A DNA stretch of 64,000 bases from Gammaproteobacteria bacterium (lineage in GTDB: Bacteria > Pseudomonadota > Gammaproteobacteria > JABABF01): positions 96,001 through 160,000 of the forward strand of contig OZ250153.1 of assembly GCA_965237805.1 (NCBI GenBank). Direction: 5' to 3'. The notes below the pieces were generated by a model. It was not told where the DNA came from and did no database searches. It saw only the letters and a program-made list of their open reading frames with translations. Each line of letters opens with the position of its first letter. The first letter of the stretch is position 1. A program made the position numbers and the translations under genes. Below are positions 29,659 through 41,747 of the stretch, piece after piece.

Positions 29659-30781
29659 TAGATGTCGCTGGAAGCGGGGCGTCGCCCGCCGTCTGTGTCG
29701 TGATCACACCACCACCAAAACATCGCTCCCCCGCATAGAAGACTACCGACTGCCCCGGCGTGACCGCCCGTTGCGCTTGCTCGAAGCGCACCGACAGCGT
29801 GCTGTCGCCACCAGCCAGTGCCAGCTGATGGTTGATTGTACAGGCCTGTGTCGGTTGGCGATGCCGCAGGCGTGCGCGACAGCATACTGGCGGTGTCACC
29901 CCCGGTGTCACCCAATGCAGCTCGGTGGCATGCAACTGCTTGCGGAACAGCGCTCGGTGTTCGCTGCCTTGGACGACGACCAAGTGATTGCGCCGCCGAT
30001 CCTTGTCGGCGACGAACCACGCGCCCTCGCCGCCGCGCACACCGCCGATGCCAAGACCGCGGCGTTGGCCGATGGTGTAGTAGGGTAGCCCGATGTGTTG
30101 CCCGAGCACGGCACCGGACTCGTCGACGATCGCGCCCGGCGTCACGGGCAGATATCGGCGCAGAAAATCTCGGAAGCGGCGCGGACCGATAAAGCAGATG
30201 CCGACGCTGTCGGCCTTGTTGTGAGTGGCGAGCGAGGCTTGGGCGGCGAGCTGACGCACTTCGGACTTGCACAGTTCACCCAGCGGGAACAGGCAACGCG
30301 AGAGCCGGCTAGCGTCGACTGTGTGCAGGAAATAACTCTGGTCTTTATCTTCGTCGATGCCGCAGAGCAGTTGGGTGCCTTCTGCGCTACCGCCCAGGCG
30401 GGCGTAATGACCGGTGGCGATACGCTCGGCACCGAGCTGCTGGGCGTAGTCTAAGAACAGGCCGAATTTGATCGCACGGTTGCACAGAATATCTGGATTC
30501 GGCGTACGAGCGAGGCGAAATTCGGCGAGGCAATGCTGGAAAACCTGCTCCCAGTATTCGGCCGAGAAGCTGGCTTCGTGCAGGTGGATGCCCAATTGTT
30601 GGCACACCCCACGGGCATCGTCCAAGTCGCGCGCGGCAGTACACAGACCACTGTCATCGTCCTCGTCCCAATTTTTCATGAATAGACCCTCGACGGCGTA
30701 GTGCTGCTCGAGTAGCAACAGTGCTGCCACCGAGGAATCGACGCCGCCGGACATGCCGACGATGACTCGCTTCGCGCTCAT
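29648..30781 (-). CDS. mnmA: tRNA 2-thiouridylase MnmA
   Basis: GMSGGVDSS, NPDILCN, ATGHY, KDQSYFL, GICFIG, TPGQ. Confidence 0.96.
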   Translation of the reverse strand: MSAKRVIVGMSGGVDSSVAALLLLEQHYAVEGLFMKNWDEDDDSGLCTAARDLDDARGVCQQLGIHLHEASFSAEYWEQVFQHCLAEFRLARTPNPDILCNRAIKFGLFLDYAQQLGAERIATGHYARLGGSAEGTQLLCGIDEDKDQSYFLHTVDASRLSRCLFPLGELCKSEVRQLAAQASLATHNKADSVGICFIGPRRFRDFLRRYLPVTPGAIVDESGAVLGQHIGLPYYTIGQRRGLGIGGVRGGEGAWFVADKDRRRNHLVVVQGSEHRALFRKQLHATELHWVTPGVTPPVCCRARLRHRQPTQACTINHQLALAGGDSTLSVRFEQAQRAVTPGQSVVFYAGERCFGGGVITTQTAGDAPLPATSNDE

Positions 30782-30937
30782 GGTTGCAGGCGTGAGCCGC
30801 TCGGTAGGCTGTGTCGGGATGGTCTGCTATACTTCCCGCTACGGCTGTAGCGGCACTGAATTCGGCACAGTGGCGGTGGGTCAGCAGGGCGCTGATGGCC
30901 GCTAGCGGGATCGATCACAGGGACGGTTTTTATCATC

Positions 30938-32203
30938 ATGGCTTATCAACACATCGTGATACCGGAGCAGGGCGAGCGTATCGGTGTCGATACGCAACGC
31001 GATTTTCAGCTCATCGTGCCAGAGCGCCCAATTATCCCCTATATTGAAGGCGATGGCATCGGTGCCGATATCACCCCGGCGACGCTCGCCGTGGTGGACA
31101 CCGCTGTGGAGCGAGCCTATGAAGGTCGGCGTCAGCTGGTGTGGATGGAGATCTTCAACGGTGAGAAAGCGGCCAAAATCTATGATGGGAATTCTTTCCC
31201 AGACGAAACGCTGGCGGCCATCCGCGAATTTAAAGTGGCGCTGAAGGGGCCGTTGACGACGCCGGTGGGTGGCGGTTTTCGATCACTTAATGTGGCCTTG
31301 CGTCAAGTGCTCGACCTCTATGTCTGCCAGCGTCCGGTGCGCTGGTTACAGGGTGTGCCCTCGCCAATGAAAGTTCCGGACAATGTGGATATGGTGATCT
31401 TTCGCGAAAACTCCGAAGATATCTACGCTGGCATCGAATGGCAGGCCGATTCTGCTGAGGTGCGCCAGCTCATCCAATTTCTGCAACGGGAGCTGGGTGT
31501 TAAAAAAATCCGCTTTCCAGAACACTGTGGCATCGGCATCAAACCGGTGTCTGAAGCTGGCACCAAGCGTTTGGTGCGCCGCGCCATTCAATATGCTCTG
31601 CGCCACCGCCGCGATTCGGTGACCTTGGTGCACAAAGGCAACATCATGAAATACACCGAGGGTGCATTCCGCGACTGGGGCTATGAGCTGGTGCGCGAGG
31701 AATTTGGCGGCCAAGCGATAGACGGCGGCCCGTGGCAGCGCGTACCACACCCTGAGGGTGGCGAGGATCTGATCGTCAAAGATATGATCGCCGATGCCAT
31801 GCTGCAACAGCTGCTATTGCGCCCTAGCGAATACGATGTCATCGCCACACTGAACCTCAATGGTGACTATCTGTCAGATGCATTGGCTGCGCAGGTTGGC
31901 GGCATCGGCATCGCGCCCGGGGCCAATCTGGGCGATGGCGTCGCGCTGTTTGAGGCCACCCATGGCACGGCTCCAAAATACGCCGGGCAAGATAAAGTCA
32001 ACCCCTCATCGCTGATCTTGTCCGCAGAGATGATGTTGCGCCACCTCGGTTGGGACGAGGCGGCCGAGCTGATCGTGCGCGGCATCGAGGGAGCCATCGC
32101 TGCCAAAACTGTTACCTACGATTTCGAGCGCTTGATGGAAGGTGCCACCAAAGTCAGTTGCTCTGAATTCGGACGGCAGGTCATCGCTCGGATGGGCGAC
32201 TAG
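30938..32203 (+). CDS. icd: NADP-dependent isocitrate dehydrogenase
   Basis: [44 protein letters not shown]. Confidence 0.97.
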   Translation: MAYQHIVIPEQGERIGVDTQRDFQLIVPERPIIPYIEGDGIGADITPATLAVVDTAVERAYEGRRQLVWMEIFNGEKAAKIYDGNSFPDETLAAIREFKVALKGPLTTPVGGGFRSLNVALRQVLDLYVCQRPVRWLQGVPSPMKVPDNVDMVIFRENSEDIYAGIEWQADSAEVRQLIQFLQRELGVKKIRFPEHCGIGIKPVSEAGTKRLVRRAIQYALRHRRDSVTLVHKGNIMKYTEGAFRDWGYELVREEFGGQAIDGGPWQRVPHPEGGEDLIVKDMIADAMLQQLLLRPSEYDVIATLNLNGDYLSDALAAQVGGIGIAPGANLGDGVALFEATHGTAPKYAGQDKVNPSSLILSAEMMLRHLGWDEAAELIVRGIEGAIAAKTVTYDFERLMEGATKVSCSEFGRQVIARMGD

Positions 32204-32211
32204 CGCATCCG

Positions 32212-32613
32212 GTGTCCGCGCACTTAGGACTCAGATCTCCGTGCGGTACGCAGTCGCCGGAGCACGGCTTGCCGGAGCGCGGTGATGCGCCTCAGGGGCA
32301 CATTGATGTACAGGAGCGGAGCAAGCTGTGCCGGCCGCCACTGTATGGTGTGTTGCTACTCAACGACGACTACACACCGATGGAATTCGTCGTCCATGTA
32401 CTGCAGAAGTTCTTCTACATGGCGCAGCAGGAAGCGAGCCACATTATGCTACAGGTGCATCGCGAGGGGCGTGGGTTGTGCGGTGTGTTCCCGCGCGATG
32501 TGGCGGAGACCTATGTCTCTAGGATCAATCACTACGCACGCAGTAACGACCATCCGTTGCTGTCGGAAGTCGAGGTCAACGACGCTGGTGAGGAAGACGA
32601 TGCTGGCGACTGA
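32212..32613 (+). CDS. clpS: ClpAP adaptor ClpS
   Basis: [22 protein letters not shown]; start uncertain. Confidence 0.94.
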   Translation: MSAHLGLRSPCGTQSPEHGLPERGDAPQGHIDVQERSKLCRPPLYGVLLLNDDYTPMEFVVHVLQKFFYMAQQEASHIMLQVHREGRGLCGVFPRDVAETYVSRINHYARSNDHPLLSEVEVNDAGEEDDAGD

Positions 32614-32645
32614 GCACCGTCGCTCGCCTTAGCTGGATCCCAGCC

Positions 32646-34949
32646 ATGCCACAACTCAGCCCGAGCCCAGAATTGCAACAAACGCTGCAGAGCTGTTTCC
32701 AGACAGCGGGCGAGATGCGCCACGAATATGTCAGCGTCGAGCACTTGGTGCTGTGTCTTTTGAAGGACAAAGATGCTGCCGAGGTGTTGCGTGTTTGCGG
32801 CGCGGATATCGAGCAGCTGCGCGCTAAGCTGCAAGATTTCATCACCCGTCATCATCGGGTGCTGGATGCGGATATCCAATACGATCTGCGCCCATCGATG
32901 GGTGTGCAGCGCATCCTGAGCCGTGCTGCCATGCATACTCAAGGCGCTGGTCGCGTATCCTTCAACGGAGCAGAAGTGTTGGCCGCAGTGTTCCACGAGG
33001 AGGATAACCACTCCGTTTATCTATTGCGTGAACAGGGCATCGAGCGGGTCAAAGTCACCAGCTATATCGCCCACGGCAATCGCCGCGATACACGCCGTTC
33101 CGCCGATCCCGACAGCACGCGTAGCGAGGTGGCTGAGGGAGAGTCGGGGCCCTTGGAAAAATACACGCGCGACCTTTGCCAAGCAGCACGCGATGGCGCG
33201 CTGGATCCTCTGATCGGACGCGAAGCGGAGCTGCTGCGCATCGAGCAGGTGCTATGCCGCCGCAACAAGAGCAGTCCACTGTTGGTCGGGGAGGTCGGCA
33301 TCGGCAAGACCGCCATCGCCGAGGGCTTGGCCAGTCGCATTGTGGCTGGCGAGGCGACGGCGGCCTTGGCCGACAGCACGGTGTATTCCTTGGATATGGG
33401 AGCCTTGCTTGCGGGAACCCGCTACCGAGGTGATTTCGAGGAGCGATTCAAGGAGCTGAGCGAGGCGCTGCGCACAAGCAAAAATTCCATTTTGTTTATT
33501 GATGAAATCCATACGGTGATCGGTGCAGGCAGTGCCTCTGGTGGTTTTATGGATGCTTCGAATCTTCTCAAACCGATGTTGTCAGGTGGCTTGCGCTGCA
33601 TCGGCGCCACCACTTTCCGTGAATTCCGTGCCATTTTCGAACGCGACCATGCATTGGCACGGCGTTTTCAAAAAATCCAGATCGAGGCTCCCGACAGCGG
33701 ACATAGCTTGAAAATCCTCAAAGGGCTCAAGAGCCACTTTGAGCAGCACCACGCATTGCAGTACACCGATAGCGCATTGCGCGCCGCGGTCGATTTGTCG
33801 GAGCGCTACCTGACGGATCGCTCCTTGCCGGACAAGGCCATCGATGTGATCGACGAGGCGGGTGCTTGGGTGCGCTTGGGACCGAAGTCGCGTCGGCGGC
33901 GTGTCGGTGTGCGCGATATCGAGAGCGTCATCTCCCAGATGGCGGGGGTGCCCACACGCATCGTCGGTGGCAGTGAGCGCCATAAATTACAGCATTTGGC
34001 GACCCAGCTCAAGCTCAGCATCTTCGGTCAAGATCGGGCGATTGCGGCTTTGGTCTCTGCCATCAAATTGGCGCGCACTGGCCTGAAGTCGCGCGAAAAA
34101 ACGATGGGATCCTTTTTGCTTTCTGGACCCACCGGTGTCGGCAAGACGGAGCTGTGTCGCCAGCTGGCGCGCCAGCTCGGTGTCGAGCTGATGCGTTTCG
34201 ATATGTCAGAATATATGGAGCGGCATACGGTTTCGCGCTTGATCGGTGCACCGCCTGGCTATGTCGGCCACGAGCGCGATGGCCTGTTGACCGCAGCGGT
34301 CAGCAAGAACCCCGCCGGTGTGCTGTTGCTCGATGAGATCGAAAAAGCCCATGCCGAGGTGTTCAACCTGCTGTTGCAGGTGATGGATCATGGCAAGCTG
34401 ACCGACAGCAACGGTCGCCAAGCCGACTTCCGCAATCTGATTTTGGTCATGACCACCAATGCCGGGGCGATTGATGCCGCGCGGCCCAGTGTCGGCTTCA
34501 CCGAACAGAGCCACTTGGAGGAACCCGATCGCGCCATCGAGCGCTTGTTCAGCCCAGAGTTCCGCAATCGGCTCGATGCCGTCGTGCGCTTTGTGCCGCT
34601 GAGCCCTGCGGTGATTACCAGTGTGGTCGAGAAATTCCTAGCCGAACTGCAAGCGCGGCTCGACGAGCGCATGATCACTTTGGATGTCGATGAGACGGCG
34701 CGAGCTTGGTTGGCCGAGCGAGGCTACGATCCGACGATGGGTGCCCGGCCGATGGAACGTCTGATACGCGAGCAGATCGCGACACCGCTAGCGGAACAAC
34801 TGGTGGAATTGCCGCCGGGACAAGCGCGCGTGGCTCAGCTGCGTGTGTCGGCGGATCGGCGCGATCTCGTCTTGCTATTGCGCTCGTCCGCTGATGATGA
34901 TAGCGTGACCGATGCCAGTTTGCATCGCCCCACCGAAGCGATCGAATAG
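32646..34949 (+). CDS. clpA: ATP-dependent Clp protease ATP-binding subunit ClpA
   Basis: Two AAA+ modules (GEVGIGKT, GPTGVGKTE), RFDMSEYME, SRLIGAPPGYVG; follows clpS. Confidence 0.96.
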   Translation: MPQLSPSPELQQTLQSCFQTAGEMRHEYVSVEHLVLCLLKDKDAAEVLRVCGADIEQLRAKLQDFITRHHRVLDADIQYDLRPSMGVQRILSRAAMHTQGAGRVSFNGAEVLAAVFHEEDNHSVYLLREQGIERVKVTSYIAHGNRRDTRRSADPDSTRSEVAEGESGPLEKYTRDLCQAARDGALDPLIGREAELLRIEQVLCRRNKSSPLLVGEVGIGKTAIAEGLASRIVAGEATAALADSTVYSLDMGALLAGTRYRGDFEERFKELSEALRTSKNSILFIDEIHTVIGAGSASGGFMDASNLLKPMLSGGLRCIGATTFREFRAIFERDHALARRFQKIQIEAPDSGHSLKILKGLKSHFEQHHALQYTDSALRAAVDLSERYLTDRSLPDKAIDVIDEAGAWVRLGPKSRRRRVGVRDIESVISQMAGVPTRIVGGSERHKLQHLATQLKLSIFGQDRAIAALVSAIKLARTGLKSREKTMGSFLLSGPTGVGKTELCRQLARQLGVELMRFDMSEYMERHTVSRLIGAPPGYVGHERDGLLTAAVSKNPAGVLLLDEIEKAHAEVFNLLLQVMDHGKLTDSNGRQADFRNLILVMTTNAGAIDAARPSVGFTEQSHLEEPDRAIERLFSPEFRNRLDAVVRFVPLSPAVITSVVEKFLAELQARLDERMITLDVDETARAWLAERGYDPTMGARPMERLIREQIATPLAEQLVELPPGQARVAQLRVSADRRDLVLLLRSSADDDSVTDASLHRPTEAIE
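33481..33510. other. Intragenic AT-rich island in clpA (core; weaker signal extends to about 33570)
   Basis: 7/30 GC (23%) over the Walker B region: AAA AAT TCC ATT TTG TTT ATT GAT GAA. Confidence 0.6.
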
Positions 34950-35009
34950 AGGGTATCGGCCCGGGCTCTGTTTACAGACCTCCCCAGCTATTGTCTCTGG
35001 AGGACTGAT

Positions 35010-35228
35010 TTATTGTTCGCGGTAGACGATGCGCCCCTTGCTCAGGTCGTACGGCGACACTTCGACGCGCACTTTATCGCCGGTCAGAATGCGGATGTAG
35101 TGCTTGCGAATGCGCCCTGAGATATGGGCTATGACCTTGTGTCCGTTTTCCAACTGGACGCGGAAAGTCGTATTCGGTAGGGTATCGATGACCTCTCCCA
35201 TCATTTCGATATAACCATCTTTGGACAT
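35010..35228 (-). CDS. infA: Translation initiation factor IF-1
   Basis: 72 aa, [27 protein letters not shown]. Confidence 0.97.
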   Translation of the reverse strand: MSKDGYIEMMGEVIDTLPNTTFRVQLENGHKVIAHISGRIRKHYIRILTGDKVRVEVSPYDLSKGRIVYREQ

Positions 35229-35244
35229 GGTCTTGCTCTACCGC

Positions 35245-35772
35245 TCAGCCATTTTTGCCGAGCATGGCCATCAGCCGCGCTTTGGTCGGCACCACCCAAT
35301 TTTCACGCAGAGCTGGTGACAACAGATCGATCGCGTCCAGTTCGTCACACAGCCACATCTGGTGTGCCAAGTCGAATAGATCCAGCTGTTCGCAGATCTT
35401 TAAATCGTCGTCGAAGCGCAGAAAAGAGATGCCGGGTGTCTCATAATAACTGCCGTCTTCTTTCCGACCCGGGCCACGGTTCATCCAGTGGGTGATGACG
35501 CGGTTTTGATCCGCCACATAGACACCGATATAGGGGAAAGACCAACCCTCCCATCCGTGTTGCATATCGCGCCCATAATGGGTCGTTTTAATGTCCTCGA
35601 TGCCGCGAGCCTGCACCAACATGGTGCCAGCATACTCGCAGCTGTAGACGCAGTCTGTGGCATATAGCTCGTCGACGAAAAAAGTCCACTCGTTGCGTTG
35701 CTCGGCCTCGGCGTGGCAACGGATTAAGTGGTTGGTGCGCTCACGCAACTGCTCGTGGGAATGCTCTATCAT
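35245..35772 (-). CDS. SnoaL/NTF2-like fold protein
   Basis: ELYATDCVY, RGIEDIK, GISFLRF, DLFD pattern typical of NTF2-like proteins; function unknown. Confidence 0.7.
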   Translation of the reverse strand: MIEHSHEQLRERTNHLIRCHAEAEQRNEWTFFVDELYATDCVYSCEYAGTMLVQARGIEDIKTTHYGRDMQHGWEGWSFPYIGVYVADQNRVITHWMNRGPGRKEDGSYYETPGISFLRFDDDLKICEQLDLFDLAHQMWLCDELDAIDLLSPALRENWVVPTKARLMAMLGKNG

Positions 35773-35852
35773 TCGTGCGCCACCTGTGCTGCCCAGTCAA
35801 TCATGCACTTCAGTGTACACCACCGCGGGGCGAGCGCGACGGTGCCCGTCCC

Positions 35853-36815
<963 letters not shown>

Positions 36816-36904
36816 TCACCGTCAACTGCTACGGCATTCTAAGGCACGCCCTCGGCAGCCTGATAAGTGGCCTAAAATAGTGCGGCAACTGAGGATGGTT
36901 ATAT

Positions 36905-39388
36905 ATGGAGCAGGAGCCGTTGGTGCCGGCTGAGAGCGATCGGCACGGCCTCCACTGGCGGCGTGAATTATTGCCGCTGGCGCTCGCTGTAGCCGCCTGC
37001 TATCTGCTGGCGGCGATGCTGAGTTACACGCCGTCCGATCCGGCGTGGACCACCAGCGGTAGCGGTGGTGGCCCGATTGGCAATTGGGGGGGGCCAGCTG
37101 GCGCTTGGTTGGTCGATGTGTTGTTCCACACTTTTGGCCAAGTCTCTTATTTGTTGGCGGTGGCACTGCTGGGTGTCAGCTATCAGCTGTTGCGCGGCGG
37201 CAGTTGGCGCTGGCATGGCATGGCGGGGCGCAGCTTGGCACTGGTGGTGTTTCTGTGCACGAGCTGTGCCCTCGCCGCGTTGGTGGCGGGGGAAATTGCA
37301 CCGGTAGCAGGTGGCGGCATGGCTCAGCTATTTGGTCCGCCGCAGGCTTTTTGCTCAGCGGTCGAAGGACCTTTGCCCTGTGGTGCTGGCGGCTTTGTGG
37401 GCTTGGAACTAGGGCGACGGGTGGCGGGTAGCTTTGGCGGTTTCGGGGCGCGTTTGTTGCTGTCCGCTGCCGCACTGCTGAGCCTGTCTTGGGTCGCACA
37501 CTTGTCTTGGTTGGCGACCACTGCGCGTAGTGGCGATTGGTTGCGGCGTGCGCTGGGTGCCGTGCTGGCCTGCGCTGCCCGCTTGGCGCTTTGGCTGGCT
37601 ACAGTCGGTCGGCGCGCGGGCACCTCACTGTGGACTGTGTTGCGTTACCGCAGCGGGCGGCTCATCGCCGCAGCGACCGCTCTCAAGCGGGTGTCGTCAG
37701 CTGTGCCGACACCAGTGACGGTGGCGCATTCGGACGATGCCGCGCCGCCATCCCCGTCATCGCCCGCGCCCCATCTCAGCACGGCAGCGATGCCGCCGGT
37801 AGCGCCAGTGCCAGCACGTCGCCCACCCGCCAAGGTGGCGCAGCGGGTCAAAGCGGGGGGCATGCCCTCCATCGAGTTGCTGGATCAGAGCAAAATCAAA
37901 GAGGATGTAGCTATCAGACGCGAGGAGTTGGCGGCGCTGGGTCAGCGCCTAGAGGGGCGCCTGAGTGATTTTGGCATCAGTGCCGAGGTGGTGTCGATCC
38001 ACCCGGGGCCGGTGATCACGCGCTTTGAAATCCGTCCGGCGGCAGGTATCAAAGTCAGCCGTATCAGTGCGTTGGCAAAGGATTTGGCGCGTTCGCTGGC
38101 GGTCATCAGTGTGCGTGTCGTCGAAGTGATTCCCGGGAAGTCGGTGGTCGGTATTGAGGTGCCCAACGAGCACCGCCAGCTGGTCACCTTGCACGATGTG
38201 TTGGCCTCGTCGGTCTGGCGCGAGTCGACCGCACCGCTGAGCTTTGCGCTCGGACACGACATCTCTGGGCGACCGGTGGTGGTCGATCTAAGCAAGATGC
38301 CGCACCTGCTGGTGGCGGGCACCACTGGCGCTGGTAAATCGGTGGGCATCAATGCCATGCTGCTCAGCCTGCTGCTCAAATCGCCGCCCGAACAAGTGCG
38401 CCTGATCTTGGTCGATCCAAAAATGCTTGAGCTGGCAGTCTATGAAGGCATCCCGCACCTGTTGACGCCGGTGATCACCGATATGAAAGACGCCGCCCGC
38501 GGCCTGCGCTGGTGTGTCGCCGAAATGGAGCGTCGCTATCAGCTGATGGCCGCGCTGGGTGTGCGCAATATGGATGGCTACAATCGCCGTGTGCGACAGG
38601 CGTTGGAGGCGGGTCAAGCCATGCACTTGGGGAGCGACGGCGTGTTGCTAGAGCACGACGACGAAGCGCTGGTGCCACCAGAGGAACTGTCCGCCGCGCT
38701 GGAGCCATTGCCTTTCATTGTTGTTGTCATCGACGAATTCGCCGATATGATGATGATCGTCGGCAAAAAAGTCGAGCAGCTGATCGCCCGCATCGCTCAG
38801 AAAGCACGAGCTGCTGGTATTCATCTGGTCTTGGCGACTCAGCGCCCCTCGGTTGATGTCATCACCGGCTTGATCAAAGCCAATATTCCCTCGCGCATCG
38901 CCTACCAAGTGCCGGCCAAGGTCGATGCGCGCACGATCATGGATCAGGCTGGTGCCGAGCAGCTGCTGGGGCATGGCGATATGCTCTACCTGCCAGCTGG
39001 TGGTAGCGTGCCGATGCGTGTGCACGGTGCCTTCGTTGCGGACGATGAAGTGCACCGAGTGGTAGCAGTTTGGAAAAAACAAAGTGAATCCAATTATTTA
39101 TCCGAAGTGCTTGAAGGTGTTATGCATGAAAATACAGGCGACTTCTCGTTGCCGGATAGCCGTGACGGTGGCTCCGAGAATGACGCAGCTGATCCGCTCT
39201 ACGATCAGGCGCTGAGCTTTGTCGTCTCATCGCGGCGCGGCTCGATCTCGGCCGTACAGCGCAAATTGCGCATTGGCTACAACCGTGCTGCCCGTCTGCT
39301 CGAAACCATGGAGCAGACAGGCGTGGTCAGCGCGATGGAGAGCAACGGCAGCCGCGAAGTATTGGCACCGGAGCCGCAGGAGGATTAG
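36905..39388 (+). CDS. ftsK: DNA translocase FtsK
   Basis: N-terminal TM domain, Pro-rich linker, [27 protein letters not shown], gamma domain [11 protein letters not shown]. Confidence 0.96.
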   Translation: MEQEPLVPAESDRHGLHWRRELLPLALAVAACYLLAAMLSYTPSDPAWTTSGSGGGPIGNWGGPAGAWLVDVLFHTFGQVSYLLAVALLGVSYQLLRGGSWRWHGMAGRSLALVVFLCTSCALAALVAGEIAPVAGGGMAQLFGPPQAFCSAVEGPLPCGAGGFVGLELGRRVAGSFGGFGARLLLSAAALLSLSWVAHLSWLATTARSGDWLRRALGAVLACAARLALWLATVGRRAGTSLWTVLRYRSGRLIAAATALKRVSSAVPTPVTVAHSDDAAPPSPSSPAPHLSTAAMPPVAPVPARRPPAKVAQRVKAGGMPSIELLDQSKIKEDVAIRREELAALGQRLEGRLSDFGISAEVVSIHPGPVITRFEIRPAAGIKVSRISALAKDLARSLAVISVRVVEVIPGKSVVGIEVPNEHRQLVTLHDVLASSVWRESTAPLSFALGHDISGRPVVVDLSKMPHLLVAGTTGAGKSVGINAMLLSLLLKSPPEQVRLILVDPKMLELAVYEGIPHLLTPVITDMKDAARGLRWCVAEMERRYQLMAALGVRNMDGYNRRVRQALEAGQAMHLGSDGVLLEHDDEALVPPEELSAALEPLPFIVVVIDEFADMMMIVGKKVEQLIARIAQKARAAGIHLVLATQRPSVDVITGLIKANIPSRIAYQVPAKVDARTIMDQAGAEQLLGHGDMLYLPAGGSVPMRVHGAFVADDEVHRVVAVWKKQSESNYLSEVLEGVMHENTGDFSLPDSRDGGSENDAADPLYDQALSFVVSSRRGSISAVQRKLRIGYNRAARLLETMEQTGVVSAMESNGSREVLAPEPQED
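39071..39130. other. Intragenic AT-rich island in ftsK
   Basis: 20/60 GC (33%); TGG AAA AAA CAA AGT GAA TCC AAT TAT TTA ... GTT ATG CAT GAA AAT ACA. Confidence 0.75.
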
Positions 39389-39391
39389 CCA

Positions 39392-40039
39392 GTGTTGCGT
39401 TATTTGTTGATCAGCGCAGCGCTACTCGCCGTCGGGCCAGCGCAGCTGCGCGCTGGCGAGGGCGAGGGCGAGGGGCTACGCAGTTGCTTGGCAGCCACCC
39501 GCAGCCTGTCGGCGAATTTCAGCCAAAGCAGCCAGGAGTCGGGCGATAGTTTGCCGCTGCAGCTGGAGGGGCGGCTCTATCTGCGCACGCCGCATGATGT
39601 GCGCTGGGATATCTTGCGGCCGTACCGCGAATCGTTGCTCTACAACGGCAGCGAGCTGTGGCACCACGAGCAGGATTTGGAGCAGCTGAGCATTCAGGCA
39701 CTGAGCCCGTCAGAAGTGCCGTTGCTGTTGTTGCTCGACCCAGAGCGCAGCGATTGGCAAAGCCGCTTTGCCGTGCGCAGGGAAGTAGAGGGCACTGCTG
39801 TCAGCTACCATATCACCCCGCATCCAGTCGAGACGGAGCAGGCTGTGCACAGCGCGCTTTTCTCCGTTCTGCGCGCTGATTTCAAGGACTGCAGGCCGCG
39901 TGCAGTCTGGTGGCGCGATGGTCTAGGGCGCGAGACGCTGATCGAACTGAGCCAGCTGCGGGTCAATCCGCGCTTGTCCGATAAGCGCTTCCGTTTGCGT
40001 GTGCCACCGGACACCGATGTGTTGCGAGCCGAACCTTGA
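39392..40039 (+). CDS. lolA: Outer-membrane lipoprotein chaperone LolA
   Basis: Signal peptide, SLSANFSQ, RW, DLEQ; located between ftsK and rarA. Confidence 0.88.
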   Translation: MLRYLLISAALLAVGPAQLRAGEGEGEGLRSCLAATRSLSANFSQSSQESGDSLPLQLEGRLYLRTPHDVRWDILRPYRESLLYNGSELWHHEQDLEQLSIQALSPSEVPLLLLLDPERSDWQSRFAVRREVEGTAVSYHITPHPVETEQAVHSALFSVLRADFKDCRPRAVWWRDGLGRETLIELSQLRVNPRLSDKRFRLRVPPDTDVLRAEP

Positions 40040-41379
40040 GCGGCGAGCTCTTTGGCAATGACCCGGTTGTGGCGGCGGTGCCGCTGGCGGAGCAGATGCG
40101 CCCCCAGCGGCTGTCCGAAGTCTATGGTCAGGAGCAGCTGCTGGCGGCGGGTTGTCCACTACACGAGCTCAGATTGGCACAGGGTTTGCACTCAATGGTA
40201 CTGTGGGGGCCGCCGGGCAGCGGCAAGACCACCATCGCCCGCTTGGCGTCGGCCTGTGCTGCAGCCGAGTTGATTGCATTGCCAGCGGTGCACTGTGGCA
40301 GCGCCGAGATTCGCCATGCAACCGAAAAAGCGCGCCTACGCTTGCGGCAAGGAGGGGGGCGCAGCGTGCTATTCGTCGATGAAGTGCATTGCCTCAATCG
40401 CGTCCAACAGAATATTTTCCTGCCGATCATCGAGGATGGCACGATTATCTTGATTGGCGCGACCACCGAGAATCCGGCTTTCGCACTGATCAACGCGCTG
40501 TTATCGCGGCTTCAGCTGCATGTATTGCAGCCACTGTCCGAAGACAGTTTGTTGCAGCTGTTGCGGCGTGCCGCCGAACGCTTGCGCTCGGAAGGGCGGG
40601 TGCTTGCGCACGGCGATGAGGCACTGCTCGGAGCCATCGCTGCCGCCGCAGACGGCGATGCACGGCGTGCGCTGAACCTGCTTGAGCAACTGCAAACATT
40701 GCCTCCGGATGACGACTCTGGGCGGCGCTTAGCCCAGCTGGTGGCGGCTCGCCCACCACAGGGCGACCGTCACGGCGATTTGTTCTACGAGCAGATTTCG
40801 GCACTGCACAAGGCGCTGCGCGGCAGTGACCCAGATGCCTCGTTGTTTTGGTTGGCGCGCATGTTAGAGAGTGGCTGTGATCCGCTCTACATCGCCAGAC
40901 GCTTGTTGCGCATGGCCAGCGAAGATATTGGCAACGCCGATCCCCGGGCACTGCAGTTGGCGCTGTGTGCTTGGCAGACCCAAGAGCGTTTGGGGAGTCC
41001 AGAGGGCGAGTTGGCGCTGGCGCAAGCGGTTGTTTTTCTCGCCTGTGCGCCCAAAAGCAATGCGGTGTACCGCGCCTTTGACGCCGCCCGTGCGGCAGTG
41101 CGTCGCCACTCTGCAGCCGCTGTGCCGATGCGTCTGCGCAATGCTTCGACTCGGCTGGCCGCACGGCTCGGCCACGGTGCTGGCTACCGTTATCCACATG
41201 ATGAGCCGGGTGCCCACGCGTCGGGCGAACACTATTTCCCAGACGAGATGTCGGCCGAGCTGTACTACCATCCCAGCGATCGCGGCCTTGAGGCGCGTAT
41301 CGCCGAGCGATTGGCACATTGGCGTGGGGCGGTGCGCGAGAGCGAGCGACCGGGCACAGCCCGAGCGGGGCAGCGGTGA
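40036..41379 (+). CDS. rarA: Replication-associated recombination protein A
   Basis: PLAEQMRP, WGPPGSGKTT, GATTENP, SEDIGNADP, GSPEG, PKSNAVY. Confidence 0.95.
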   Translation: MSGELFGNDPVVAAVPLAEQMRPQRLSEVYGQEQLLAAGCPLHELRLAQGLHSMVLWGPPGSGKTTIARLASACAAAELIALPAVHCGSAEIRHATEKARLRLRQGGGRSVLFVDEVHCLNRVQQNIFLPIIEDGTIILIGATTENPAFALINALLSRLQLHVLQPLSEDSLLQLLRRAAERLRSEGRVLAHGDEALLGAIAAAADGDARRALNLLEQLQTLPPDDDSGRRLAQLVAARPPQGDRHGDLFYEQISALHKALRGSDPDASLFWLARMLESGCDPLYIARRLLRMASEDIGNADPRALQLALCAWQTQERLGSPEGELALAQAVVFLACAPKSNAVYRAFDAARAAVRRHSAAAVPMRLRNASTRLAARLGHGAGYRYPHDEPGAHASGEHYFPDEMSAELYYHPSDRGLEARIAERLAHWRGAVRESERPGTARAGQR

Positions 41380-41734
41380 GTGCGCTATCGGTCGTGGCGG
41401 TTGCCGCTGGCGGTGCCGTCAGCCGTTGGTTGCTATTGCAGAGCATGCCGCACTGCCGCTGGGCGTGCTCAGCGGCGATGCCACCGGTTGCTTGGCGGCC
41501 GGTTTTCTATTCGTGTTGATCGAAGAGCGCATGGTGCTGCCACCGCTGTGGCGTGAGGCCTTGTTGCTCGGTGTCCTCGGCGCTTTCACCACTTTTTCTG
41601 GATTCACGCTGGAGCTGTGGTGCCTATTGCAGGATGTTGGCTGGGGGGCGGCGCTGTGACAGCTGTTGCTCAGCCTTGTGTTGTGCTTGGCGGCGACGCT
41701 AGCTGGCATCGCTTTGGCGCACACTCTCTGCTAA
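41376..41734 (+). pseudogene. crcB: Fluoride channel FluC/CrcB pseudogene
   Basis: AGGA N-terminus in one frame, GAFTTFS..E motif in another (frameshift near 41440-41450), in-frame TGA at 41657-41659 before the last TM helix; canonical rarA-crcB-serS position. Confidence 0.85.
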
Positions 41735-41747
41735 AGCGGTATTTGGC

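Noticed and set aside
41190-41198. Perfect DnaA box TTATCCACA inside rarA
   Set aside because: Single isolated 9-mer in coding sequence near the terminus, with no cluster.
41657-41659. In-frame TGA in crcB as selenocysteine or recoded Trp
   Set aside because: The gene also has a frameshift and motif losses, and TGA is an ordinary stop in many neighbouring genes.
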